DNA from: Octopus sinensis
Lineage: Eukaryota
NCBI RefSeq assembly: GCF_006345805.1
Contig: NC_043021.1
Coordinates: 1,364,001 to 1,428,000 of the forward strand
Length of the DNA: 64,000 nt
Reading direction: 5' to 3'
Below, piece after piece: positions 12,508 to 23,633 of this stretch (the stretch's first letter is position 1; each line of letters starts with the position of its first letter). The position numbers and the translations under genes were made by a program. The notes under the pieces were generated by a model that saw only the letters and a list, made by a program, of their open reading frames with translations, was not told where the DNA came from and made no database searches.

Positions 12508-14016
12508 TCTAACGGGTGTTGGTTGTGATTTCTTCGATGTGAGTTCAAATCGTTACACACGGATATTGTATGTTTGTTGTAGGTTTCCCCGCGCGGGTGA
12601 ACCAAGATTCGTTGGATTGTGTAAATTATTGAATTTCAGTCACCTGTATAATCCCTGTCTACGGGAGGAGTGAAGAAAGATGGAGAATAGACAAAGTTAT
12701 GCAGCGGCAACGACACAAGGAATAAATACCAACACCCTGGAATTGCAAGAAATAGAAATGGACACAGGAAAGAGGAAGGAAGGAAGAAAATTTGTAAAAA
12801 AGGAGGGAAATAGTCTAAAGCTGACTCCCCCAGAAGAACTGATGAAAAGCATAGAAAAGAGGACGGTAGTATACAGAACGTTATCTTCATCCTCGAACAA
12901 AAGAGGTAGCCCCAACAGAAGAAAGAGAGGAATGCCTAGAAAATGTGAAAAAATTGACCACGTTCTATACACGTGGAAAGAAGTATGGCTCAGTGGAAGT
13001 AAGGTTTGGCAACGAAGAAGATGCCATAAACCACGCCATGGAGCCATTACGGACAACAAAATGGATACTACTTCCGACGTACTGTGGTAAACGCGCAGCC
13101 AGAGTGAGAGTTGGAAGAGTACCCACCGAAATCGAGGAAGAATGGCTGGTAGCAGCCATTATGCACGATATGAAGGATGGAGTAGAAATATTCAAGATGA
13201 AGAGGACCCCAAAGTCCAATTGGTGGACTCCAGAAAGTCAAAAAAGGCTAAAGGAGATTGTGATGGAAGAAAAGAGAAATAGGTGGGAAGCACTAAAATG
13301 AAGCAATGATGAAAGAAGGCACACAGGAAAAAACAGCATTACAACAGGGAGAAAAATGAAGCGTTCATAAAATTGGTTATGATGTTCCTGCACGCCCAAA
13401 CAGATCAGGACGGGAGCCGAAGCAAGAAGAAGTGAAAAGGAAGAGATACAAGTGGCATTTGGTCACTTATTTCAAAAGTAAAGAAATAGAGAAAACGATT
13501 GTAAAATTTAAATCGGTAATAAGAGTAAAGCTGCCGCCAGGAAAATACCCGGAATATACAAACGGAATAGTCATAGATAAAGAGAGATATTTGAAATTAA
13601 GAGAGATGTATCAACTTTACATAGACCCCGTCGAGTTTGACGAGCTCCCACCGATCGTGGAATTAGAAGATTTGAAACCCTTTATGAGCATTTAAAAATA
13701 AATCAATAAATTCGTACTTCATAAAAAAAAAAGGAAAATAGACTGTTAAAATGTATAAAGAAAAAGGAAAAAAACGATAAAAAAAAGACTAAGAAAAAGA
13801 ACAAGTGAAAAAGGAAAAAAAAGAAAAAAGACTGTAAGAACGTTTAATTGTAAAAAAAGTAATCGCGGTTTCGTCTCGGAGCGGAACCGAGAAAAGCGTC
13901 TCATATTCATTATAATTTAATTCATTGTAATTCATTCTTTCATGTGTTTTTTTTGTTCCCGCATGTTTGTGTATGTCCCCTCTGTATTCAGTCCTTGTGC
14001 CTATAATAAAGAGATA
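12508..14016 (+). mobile_element. ORF1-only non-LTR element, unit B (zinc-knuckle region deleted)
   Basis: ATG 12680 MENRQSYAAAT, LLPTYCGKRAARVRVGRVP, C-terminal domain 13432-13695, and the same 3' motif ending in AATAAAGAG. Confidence 0.75.
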
Positions 14017-14030
14017 AACCGGTGATTGTC

Positions 14031-14517
14031 ACTTGTGGATGTGAGTTACGGCTTTTTATTTGAATTTCTGAAATGTTGAATTACGGAATTTTTGATTTAA
14101 TGTACTGTTGAATTGTTGAATATTGTGTTGCATTTGTGAAATTGTTGAAGATTTTGTTTGGCTTCCCCATTTATGGGTGAAGCGGTGAATAACGGAAATA
14201 TGAATTCACAGGTCCAGACAGGTAGTTATGCTGCGGTGACAGGCAAAAGATGTTTGGAAGTAGAGTTCCGATTTCGATATGATGAATTACCACCTGTGGT
14301 AGAATTTGAAGAGGTAATGGCTTCTGTGTTATAAATACGATATAAGTTGAATTGTAAAAACAGCAAAATGGAAATTTCTACTCCAGGGAGTGGGAAGCCA
14401 TTTCATTACCATAATTTTTCACATCTCATAATTCATTCGTAAATTATTCTATGTACCCCACGTTTGTCCTTGTAATGTCCTTTCTATATAAGACTTTATG
14501 CCTATAGTAAATAGAAA
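14031..14517 (+). mobile_element. Miniature ORF1-derived element, unit C
   Basis: Similar 5' UTR and 3' motif. In-frame 53-codon ORF 14173-14334 joins the N-terminal SYAA motif to the C-terminal YDELPPVVE motif. Confidence 0.7.
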
Positions 14518-14530
14518 AACCGGTGATTGT

Positions 14531-14575
14531 CACACGCTGATGACAGGTTAATATCCAGAAACTCGAGTCAGTGTG
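14531..14575 (+). ncRNA. Hammerhead-like motif in the host repeat (stem II imperfect)
   Basis: CACAC-G-CTGATGA-caggttaatatcca-GAAA-CTCGAG-TC-A-GTGTG. Core, palindromic stem III, GUC triplet and a 5-bp stem I are present. The stem II closing pair is absent. Confidence 0.4.
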
Positions 14576-14666
14576 TATCACGTCAGGTTGGAGATGGGAA
14601 GGGTGGCTTCCCTTTGTAAATACTGATAGGTCACAGAAGGTGTGTCAATAGCCAACTGGAGGAGGA

Positions 14667-14745
14667 GTCCTCCTGGGTCTACCAGCTACAGTAGCATCCA
14701 CTCTTAAGGGTTAGCCACATTTAAGTGGCAAATATACTTCACGAT
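14667..14745 (+). repeat. 79-bp direct repeat, copy 2
   Basis: Matches 10658-10736. Confidence 0.85.
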
Positions 14746-14834
14746 AGTGAACAAGGTTTTGCTGATATTTGACTTCCTGAACTTTCTTGACTATAGAACT
14801 TTTTTGTAACAAAGTTTGACTACAAAATAAATAC

Positions 14835-16945
14835 TGTTAGGACGTGCCGTCGCTCAACTCGGCTCAGGACCCTAAGTCGAGCGACGACGTCTATGCTCAG
14901 TCAAACGGAAATCCGCCTCAGGAAGCGGGAGTGTGGGCAGCGAACGCAAACCAGTTACCGGAGACAACAACAACAACACGAGAGAGAGACAGCGGAATGC
15001 AGTTTCTTACATTTAACAACACAATTTATATAATTTTTACAACATCAATTAAACGTAATACATTTCAAATACATTTAAAAACATTTAACAGATCGTACAC
15101 AGAGTTGAAAAAACAATCAATGCATTTAAACACAACACAGTTCGAATAACCAAATCCAATACATTTAAACATAGTACAACGTCCGACAACAATCAGTTGA
15201 CATGCACAATACAGAATTTGGAAAACAATCAAAACAAAGTTTTTCTCTTTTCTTTTCTCCTCCTTCTGACACAATGTTCTTTTCCTTTTAGAAACACATC
15301 TTACAGTTCTTTTTTTTCTCTCTTTCTTTTCCACAGTTTATGTCACAGAGTCTTTTTTTATTCCAAGCATCAGAATTCAAAAACACAAACCAATCAAAAA
15401 CATAAATAAACATTACCGCATGTTTCTCGTCCGCAACAACACATCACAAAACCCTACTATAAGTAGTCCAAATTCAAAATGTCTCTCTCTGCCCCCTTCA
15501 CTGCCATCTTCCTTACTTCCTCTCGCTTGTCATCTCTCACATTCACTGTCTGTCTTTCTCATCGTTGTCGCTGCTTCTCGCCATCTCCACCAACTGTCAT
15601 CTCCTGGCTGGCTGTCTGCATCGACTCGCTGTCCCTTTCCAACCGAACTCTCCTCCGACCCTTCGCTGTCTGATCTCACTAACACCAGCTTGTCGCATTT
15701 TAAAGGGGTGGCATATTTATTTTTTTCTTAACTTTCGCTGACAGTGTAAGGGTCAGAGATACTTCCTACCCTCATTATTTACTGTTGCCGTTGACAAGAC
15801 AAAGACCCATTATTTCTTTTCCCCGCCGGTCCGACTCCAACCAACGGAACTGGGTCATAGCATTTTCTCGTTTTTTTCATCTCCGTAACAATACATTCAA
15901 CGTGTTTATTATGACTGATACACATGCGCGAAAATTACTAAATGATGAAAAATATCATAAGTATATCTCAGGTTAACATGAGAAAATAACTAAATATATT
16001 TAAATTGTCTAACGGTCTAACCATTCAAAATAGATTCAACCTCTGCGAACATCGTCTCTAGAATCTCATCAGTAAGTCTAACAGGACCAGACAGTAATCT
16101 TTCCATAACTCTCCTAGCACAACCTATCATGCGTTACCAAACTCGCCCCATATGAGAAGCTGCAAGTTGGTTAAAATGCCAATCTATGTTTCGATCCAAT
16201 TCATAAGCTTGGATATCAGTCTGAGATAACTCCTGTAAAGCCCTTTTTAACTCAGCTTTAGCCCCAACAAAGTTTGTACCATTGTCTGAGTAAACCTTCT
16301 CTGGGTGACGCCTTGTAGACATAAATCTGCGAAAACAATTGATGAAAGATTCAGTGTCTAGACTATGTAACATCTCTATATGTACCGCTCTAGTTACAAG
16401 ACATGTGAACATACAATCGTAACGCTTTACTTCTGAACGATTGACTTTGACCATGAAATGTCCAAAGACATCTACACCAGTGTGTGTAAGAAGAGGTTTA
16501 TCTGATTCAACTCTCACCCTGTGGAGATTCGTCATAATTTGAGGAACCGGCTTGGAAAATAACTTCCTACAAACAACACATGAACGGATAACTTTCTTGA
16601 CAACAGCTCTACCACCTGTAATCTAATAATGCGGTCTGATAAGTCCCGAAGCCCATTCTTCCCCTACATGAGCTTTTCTGTGAAAATGAGCAGCAATACA
16701 CTCAGCAAGGGCATGTTTACTTGACAATATGACCGGATTCTTGGTTTCAACTGTAGACTCAGCCAATCTATCACCTATTCTGAAAATACCATAATTATCT
16801 AGAAACGGGTGGGGGTGACCTGAGGAGACTGGATTTGCTGATACATTTTTTTGTCCAGTAATCTATCTAATTCGTCTTCAGAATGTATTTGCTGAGCTCT
16901 CAAGATCAGAGACAACTCTGTTTACTGGATTTCTTGTGATTCCGA
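14835..16945 (-). mobile_element. BEL/Pao LTR retrotransposon 3' remnant (integrase plus probable LTR)
   Basis: ORF 16134-16535: HTGVDVFGHFMVK..KRYDCMFTCLVTRAVHIE..YSDNGTNFVGA. Upstream HPFLDNYGIFRIGDRL. The LTR boundary at 14835 (TGTTAGG) is less certain. Confidence 0.8.
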
Positions 16946-18710
16946 AGTAAGCTGTTTGTTTGTTATAAGTCTCCCCGTGTGTGTGAACCTAGGATTTGTT
17001 AAATTGGTTAAATTGGTTAAATTTTGAACTTTTGTTGCTGTTTTTGCTGTTATCGTATTTATTTTCCTATCCAATTATGGGTGAGGTGGGAAAAAGAGGA
17101 GGTATGGAAAATAAACCAACTGGAAGTTACGCATCAGCCACGAGTAAAGGAATATCTGCCGACGACTTGGAAGTACGTGAAATTAAAGTAAAACCCAGGA
17201 AGTGGAAGGAAGTAAATTAATAGAAAAGAAAGGAGGCAGTTTGAAGCTGACTGCACCGCAAGAATTGACGAACAATGTGATGAAGAGGACGGTGGTGTAC
17301 AGAACGTTATCTAGGTCCTCTAAAAAGATAGCGGTTACCCCAATCAAAACAATTGAGGAGTGCCTCAAGGAAATAAAGAGGCGTGGAAATACGGCACAGT
17401 GGAAGTAAGGTTTAGCAAAGAAGACGCGATAAACCACGCCACTGAGCCGATAAGGACAGAAGAATGGGTACTTCTGCCGACTTATTGTGGCAAACGCGTC
17501 GCCAGAGTAAGAATTGGCAGAGTACCCCACGAGATTAATGAAGCAGGGCTGGTGGCAGCAGTCAGGCATAGAATGGAGGATGAGGTTAAAATCTTAAAGA
17601 TTATGAGAACTAAAAAGGTTAATTGATGGGAGTATAGCCTCGAGATGGCCATAGAAGTGAGCTTAAAAGTCTGGCACGAAATTACAGAGATCATTCTCCC
17701 AGAAGACGTCTGGCTGAGAGTAGTGGTGGAAGGAAGACCACAAACGTGTTTCTTATGTGGTCAAAGGGGGCACCTGAAAGCAAAGTGCCCCCAGAAAGAA
17801 AACCGAAGATGAGCAAAAAAAGGAAAATCAGTGCCGAAGTGGTAATACCGGAAAGAGAGAAAGATAGAGTGGAGGAATCATTCACCGTCGTAAATATGAA
17901 GAAGAGGAATGAAAGAATGATCTCTCCGCCGGAGAGCCAGAAGAGTATGAAGGAGATTGAGATGGAGGAAAGGAATAGTGCGAAACACAAGCAGAATCAA
18001 CAATGGAAAGTAGAGTGGAAGTAGAAACATCGGTACTTCACGATGTGGAAGACTTACACATTGAAGCTTATTTTGGTGCAGCAAGAAAGGAACCAAGGGG
18101 AACGACTCGCGCGGACAGCCCAGGTCCGTCGCTGAAGCAAACGGATGATAAAACGAGAAAAAACAAGTGGCACATGGTCGCATATGCCAAAAGTAGGGCA
18201 ATCGAGCGGAAGATTACGAAGTTTAGATCAGTCATAAGAGTGAGGTTACCACCGGAAAAATATTAAGGAGAAACCTCGGGAATAATTATTGACAAGGATA
18301 GATATGAGAAACTGAAAGAACTGTTCGGAAATAGTAAAAGTCGAATTCGACGAATTGCCATAAAGATTTGAAACCCTTTATGAACTGTTAAAATGAGTAA
18401 AGTAAGTAAAAAAATTTGTTTTTAAATACAGAAATAATAGACTTTCCCTCCAAAAAAGGGGAAAAAAGGAAGAGATAACGATACTAAAAGTAAAAAAAAA
18501 AAAGACAGTGTAAGAAAGATTTGTTAATTTGTATAATTTAACTGTTAAATGGTACTGCTTGGGAGTGGGGTTCAATGCATCCATTCTACCATCAGTTATT
18601 TTTATACATCACTCCTTTTTCATTCGTTTTATATTTTTGTTCCCGCTGTGGTATTCTGTCTGTCCTTTGCTGTCCCCTCTGTATACGAGCCTGAGTGCTT
18701 AATGAAGAAA
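16946..18710 (+). mobile_element. ORF1-only non-LTR element, unit D
   Basis: ATG 17077 MGEVGKRGGMENKPTGSYASAT, LLPTYCGKRVARVRIGRVP, CFLCGQRGHLKAKC (17747-17788), C-terminal NKWHMVAYAKS..FRSVIRVRLPP, and 3' motif TGTCCCCTCTGTATAC. Confidence 0.75.
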
Positions 18711-19638
18711 CAGAGAGGTGAGAAATCACATGAAGTCGAAAGGTGTCGTTCGTGAGTTTGTGGAATTGCAGGAAACTGAAGAGCAGTTGTTATAATTCGT
18801 TAAGAGTAGTTTTGAATTGGTTACAGTTGTTGGCAGAGTATTTTAGGAATACAACAAATGGAGACAGTTGGTGTCTACCCCGTTCCGTAGTACTGTATAT
18901 ATGACACTGTTATTAGTGCACGACACGAAGGTGATATATACAGAAACTACGTTGTAAAAAATTATTATGATTAGAGAGGTGAGAGAATTTCCCAGGGCAT
19001 ACATCATATTTTCTTGCTGATAATGAGGCACTTGTAACGAACGATGGCCAGAGATGAATTATCCTAACGATGGATGAACTATCCAACCAACAGAATTTAT
19101 GATGCGTTATTTGGTCCATTGTATAATTTAGCAGAAGAATAAGCCTTGTTGTTATTCTAAAGTTCGTTTCTTGTATTATTCCCACGAGTTAACACGCAAC
19201 ACATGTTCTATAAAAACTCTACTAACCCCTAGATTTCTCTGTTCTGGTCAAATATACACTATTCCGGTAAATCCATTCTGCCAACTGAAATAGTCGCAGA
19301 ATCACTGTGAATTTTTTGCTCCGTGGATTTTAAACTGTTAAATTATTTTGAATGTCCTTTATTTTGAAGTTCATGATTTTATCTGATGAAAACAGTTTCT
19401 TTACAATGATGTAATGTTTTCATTAATCAATCAAAGGAGTCGTTAGAAACGGCTGTAATGGGTTGACATTTGTACTTCTACTGTTACTCATATTTTATTT
19501 AATTATCTCGGAATCTGCCCTTCGTAAGATTTTTTGTCTACATGCACCGGAAGAATATCATTCGGCCGATACTTATGTACCAAGCTTGATATTTACTTAA
19601 TATTACTCTGTGTGTGTGTGTGTGTTGTGTGTGTGTGT

Positions 19639-20005
19639 GGAGGCGCATTGGCCCAGTGGTTAGAGCAGCGAACTCGCGGTCGTAGATCACGGTTTCGATT
19701 TCCAGACTGGGCGAATGTTTGAGCGAAAACACCTAAAGCTCCACGAGGCTCCGGCAGTGGGAGAAGTGGGGTAAACCCTGCTGAACTCTTTCCTCAAAAC
19801 TTTCTCTCACTCTTTCTTCCAGTTTCTGTTGTACCTGTATTTCAAAAGGCCAGCCTTGTCACACGTTGTGTCACGCTGAATCTTCCCGAGAAGTACGTAA
19901 AAGTACGCGTGTCTGCTCAGCCACTTGCACGTTAATTTCACGAGCAGGCTGTTCGGTTGATCGGATCAACTGGGACTCTCGTCGTCGTAACCGACGGAGT
20001 GCCAC
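19639..20005 (+). mobile_element. tRNA-derived SINE
   Basis: Box A TGGCCCAGTGG and box B-like GGTTTCGATTTCC head, followed by a SINE body; adjacent to (TG)n. Confidence 0.75.
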
Positions 20006-20084
20006 GTTGTGTGTGTATATTATTCCGACCTAACGAGGTGCCTCAGTTTAAGTACTAATTTTCAATTGAATCAATCTTATATAT

Positions 20085-20790
20085 ATACAACTGTATATGC
20101 CGGCGTATAATACGATTGGGTGTACAAGACGACACTCAGAATTTCCATTAAAAGTACACTGCTATTTTCTTTAATTTGTAAATTTTGTCTTGCTTCACGA
20201 GACTATTGGCAGGACTGTGTTGGAACTGTTTGCGCCAGTTTCTGATCGACTCTTTTCTAATTTATTTGATTACACTAGGAGGTACGTGCTAAAGATGGCA
20301 TGTATACTGAATACATTTATTACAGAAATATACATATACATCATCCATTTAATATACTGTTTCACAATATTTTAAAAGCAAATTAAACAATGAAGATTTT
20401 AATTATCATGGTTTAATAAAATTATCACAATTTCAGTCATCATGTATTAAAAACCTTCAAAAGGCACATCATCATCATCATCATCATCAGCTGACAGCAG
20501 AAGTCCTTGAAGAACATTGTGAGATACATTTACCAGAGAATCATCGTAAGGTTCAAACTCACAATCAGATGAAGTGGCTTCGACTTCTGCTTCCCTCTCA
20601 TCCTCCCACAACAAGTTATCCTCGGTACCATCTGGTGAATTAGATAATCCACACATTTTAAAAGAGCTGATGAACGTTTCCGCTTTAATATCATTCCGTA
20701 CCTTGATAACAAATTCACACAGTTCATCCAAATCTGGGGCATGCATATTTTCAGCTTTTCTATAAGATTTTCTACCGCTAATCATCGGCG
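20085..20790 (-). mobile_element. pogo/Tc2-like DNA transposon 3' remnant
   Basis: ORF 20447-20785: SSFKMCGLSNSPDGTEDNLLW followed by an acidic tail ending FEGF. Confidence 0.7.
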
Positions 20791-21559
20791 ACTAAACCGG
20801 CAACCCCACCAAGCTTACTTGGTAAGGGGGGTGTTTGTTTATTAGCCACCCTGCCGGATGAAAAACAAAGCTCGTCGTCAAAAGGCGGAGGAACTCTTGA
20901 GAGTCAACGGCCATTTAATATGTGTGTAATTATGTATTTACTGTATATCCCACTTTTTCTCGCTAATTTTATATATTGTATATTTTTATAGTTTGCTCAT
21001 TATATATATTGTTTTGTATTCCATATCGTATATTTTATGTATATATTGTATATCAATATTTTTATATATCGTGCGTGTTTTTTTTTTCTTTCTTATATCT
21101 ATTTTATCCAGCTAATGTTTGTATTTTGCGCCGGGACATAGAAATAATCGGACTGAATACCTTATCGCGCGGTTAAACCATTGGGAGTGAAAGACCCCTA
21201 GCCCTTGTTAGGGCATCATTCTAAAAGAAGGCAACTCAGGTAAATGGGATAACTCCGACATAAAACCTGCGGCTCAGTGGTTACCGATGATGTTGACTTG
21301 TTCTTCTTTTCAGGTTATGGCTGCTGTTGTTTAGTGAGTGGGATTGACTCAGTGCACAGCATTCCCTCACTTTAAAAATAAAATCTTCTTGCACAGGCAC
21401 TGCACGATAACAACATTGATTGAATGATTAATGAATTAACTAATTGATGATTGTTGATAGTGCTATGAGTCTCAACTGAATGGCTGGATGTAGCCTTAAA
21501 TAGCAAACAATCAATGCTGTACCAAAACAATATAAAAATATATGGTAATAAGGACTCTG

Positions 21560-23630
21560 GAACCACATTAGGTGAAAGTGTCTGAACCCGGCCATCATCA
21601 TGCTTCTGTGATAGAATCAAATAAAATATTGAATATTGGCTGTTGGAATGTACGGACACTGCTTGACTGCGAGTCCTCAGAATGTCCTGAACAAAGGACT
21701 GCTCTTGTTGCAAAGGAGTTTTGACGCTATGACGAGATTAGCTGGAGATGGTCATCTTGTGGAAAATATTCATTCTTCTGGAAAGGGAGAGATGAAAAGT
21801 TTAGAGGAGAGGCTGGAGTAGCATTTACTGTTAAGACTACTTTTGTGGACAATTTGGAAGAATTCCTAGTCGGGATTAACGAGCGTCTTATGTCCATGAG
21901 AATTCCTTTGGTGAAAGGAAATTATGTGACCTTGGTGAGTGTGTATGCTCCAACTATGAGCTCTACTGATGACGAAAAAGTTTCTTTCTACCATGCTTTG
22001 AAGGGCATTATAAGAACTAGAAAAGCACTCGGAGAGCGCAGACCTCCGCCAAGCAGCTCATTTCCACCCATATACACGCATGCTGAAAATCGCCCCATTT
22101 CCCAAACCAACGCCGGCAAAAACATAACCCCTTGGCGGGGGGGGGGGGGGTAAAAAAACACGGCCATATGACTTTAAAAAAAACCCTTTAAAAACAGGAA
22201 TCATCTGAAGTAGTTCTAATACGTCAAGGACAACAGCAAGCTAGTTTCACCATACAACTGAAAAGAAACAACAATCACCTAAAACTTGAGTGATACACAT
22301 CCTGCAAGTTTCATCAAATACCGTTCACAACACTTTTTGAGTTATTTTGCACACAGACAGACAGACGGACAAACCAACGCCAATGAAAACATAACCCCCT
22401 ACCTTGGTTACTAATAGAGAAACGAAAATAAACTTTGGAAACAGCAACGCCACCATAGGTTACGTGGAAACGATGAGCGTGTTTTCAAGGGAGATAACCA
22501 AAGAACGTAACATTGTAATACTTCATGTAAAGTAGATATAACAAATGAAAAATCTTTCAAGAATCCATAAAAATTCCCGGATCACTACCAAAATCTCATC
22601 ATCTGTTCCTTGTATCATTACTAACTTTGCCTGCAAGTTTTATCAAATACCGTTCACAACTTTTTGAGTTATTTTGCACACAGACGGGCTGATGGACAAA
22701 CCAACGCCAATGAAAACATAACCTCCTTCCTTGGCGGAGGTAAATATCCCTCGGGCAGACAGTCGTCGTACTGGGTGACTTTAATGCTAGAGTGGGTAGG
22801 GATTTTAACACATTGACTGCAATTGGAAATCCATTCTGGATTACATCCTTGTTAGTGTGCGTGACAGACGACATGTGCAGTGTGTTCGTGTTCTTCGTGG
22901 GACTGAGTGTTGGACTGATCACCACCTGGTACGTGCAAAAGTGAAATTAATCACAAAACGTAAAATCCGGGCTGCAGGTATTACCCTGCCTAAAAGAATG
23001 AATGTTGCTCCTCAGATGTAATAATGTGAAGAGAACTTTACGAGAGGAAATGAATGTTGCAGTTATTGGGGAGGATTGGCTGACCCTTAAAGAATTAGTT
23101 TATAATATAGGCAGGAAAGTTCTGGGATTGATACAAAGAAAGCATCAAGATTGGTTTAAAGAAAATGATGAACATATAGAAGATTTATTGGCTGATAAAA
23201 GATGTACTTTGTCACGCTATTTGTCAGCAAAGCCACAGGAGAGGGAGGTGTTGCATAGGGAACTCAAGGATGTGAAATCACGTGTGAGGCGGAGGCTCTC
23301 TCAGATGAAGGATACGTGGTGGAGTAAGAAGGCTGATGAGATACAGGCGGCAGCGGATTCCAATAACACAAAGCTGTTGTATGGTCTCTTGCGAGAAGTT
23401 TATGGACCGACTTCTTCTCTGATGAAGCAGGAATGGTAAAGAACTTCATGATTCACAAGGGATTCTGCGAAGGTGGTGAGAACACTTTGATGGACTTTTG
23501 AACCAGCAGTCTGTAGTTAGTGAGGATGTTCTCAATCTCATCCCTGGACTACCTGTGAAGAGGTTTCGGTGGCTGTCTCCTTGACAGCTAAGCGGTACCC
23601 TAACAGAACAATGGGAAGAAAATCGGACCA
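21560..23630 (+). mobile_element. RTE-type LINE (endonuclease to linker), decayed and interrupted
   Basis: IGCWNVRTLLD, INERLMSMRIPL..VSVYAPT, then after the insertion VVVLGDFNARVGRD, WTDHHLVRAK, HQDWFKEN and WWSKKADEIQAAAD. Confidence 0.85.
22017..22742 (-). mobile_element. HINE/DINE-like (Helentron-associated) non-autonomous element inserted in the RTE
   Basis: Subterminal inverted repeat ACCTCCGCCAAG (22042-22053) / CTTGGCGGAGGT (22730-22741), terminal hairpin GCACTC-GGA-GAGCGC, internal ~80-bp repeats. Removing it restores the RTE reading IIRNIPRAD. Confidence 0.7.
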
Positions 23631-23633
23631 ACG

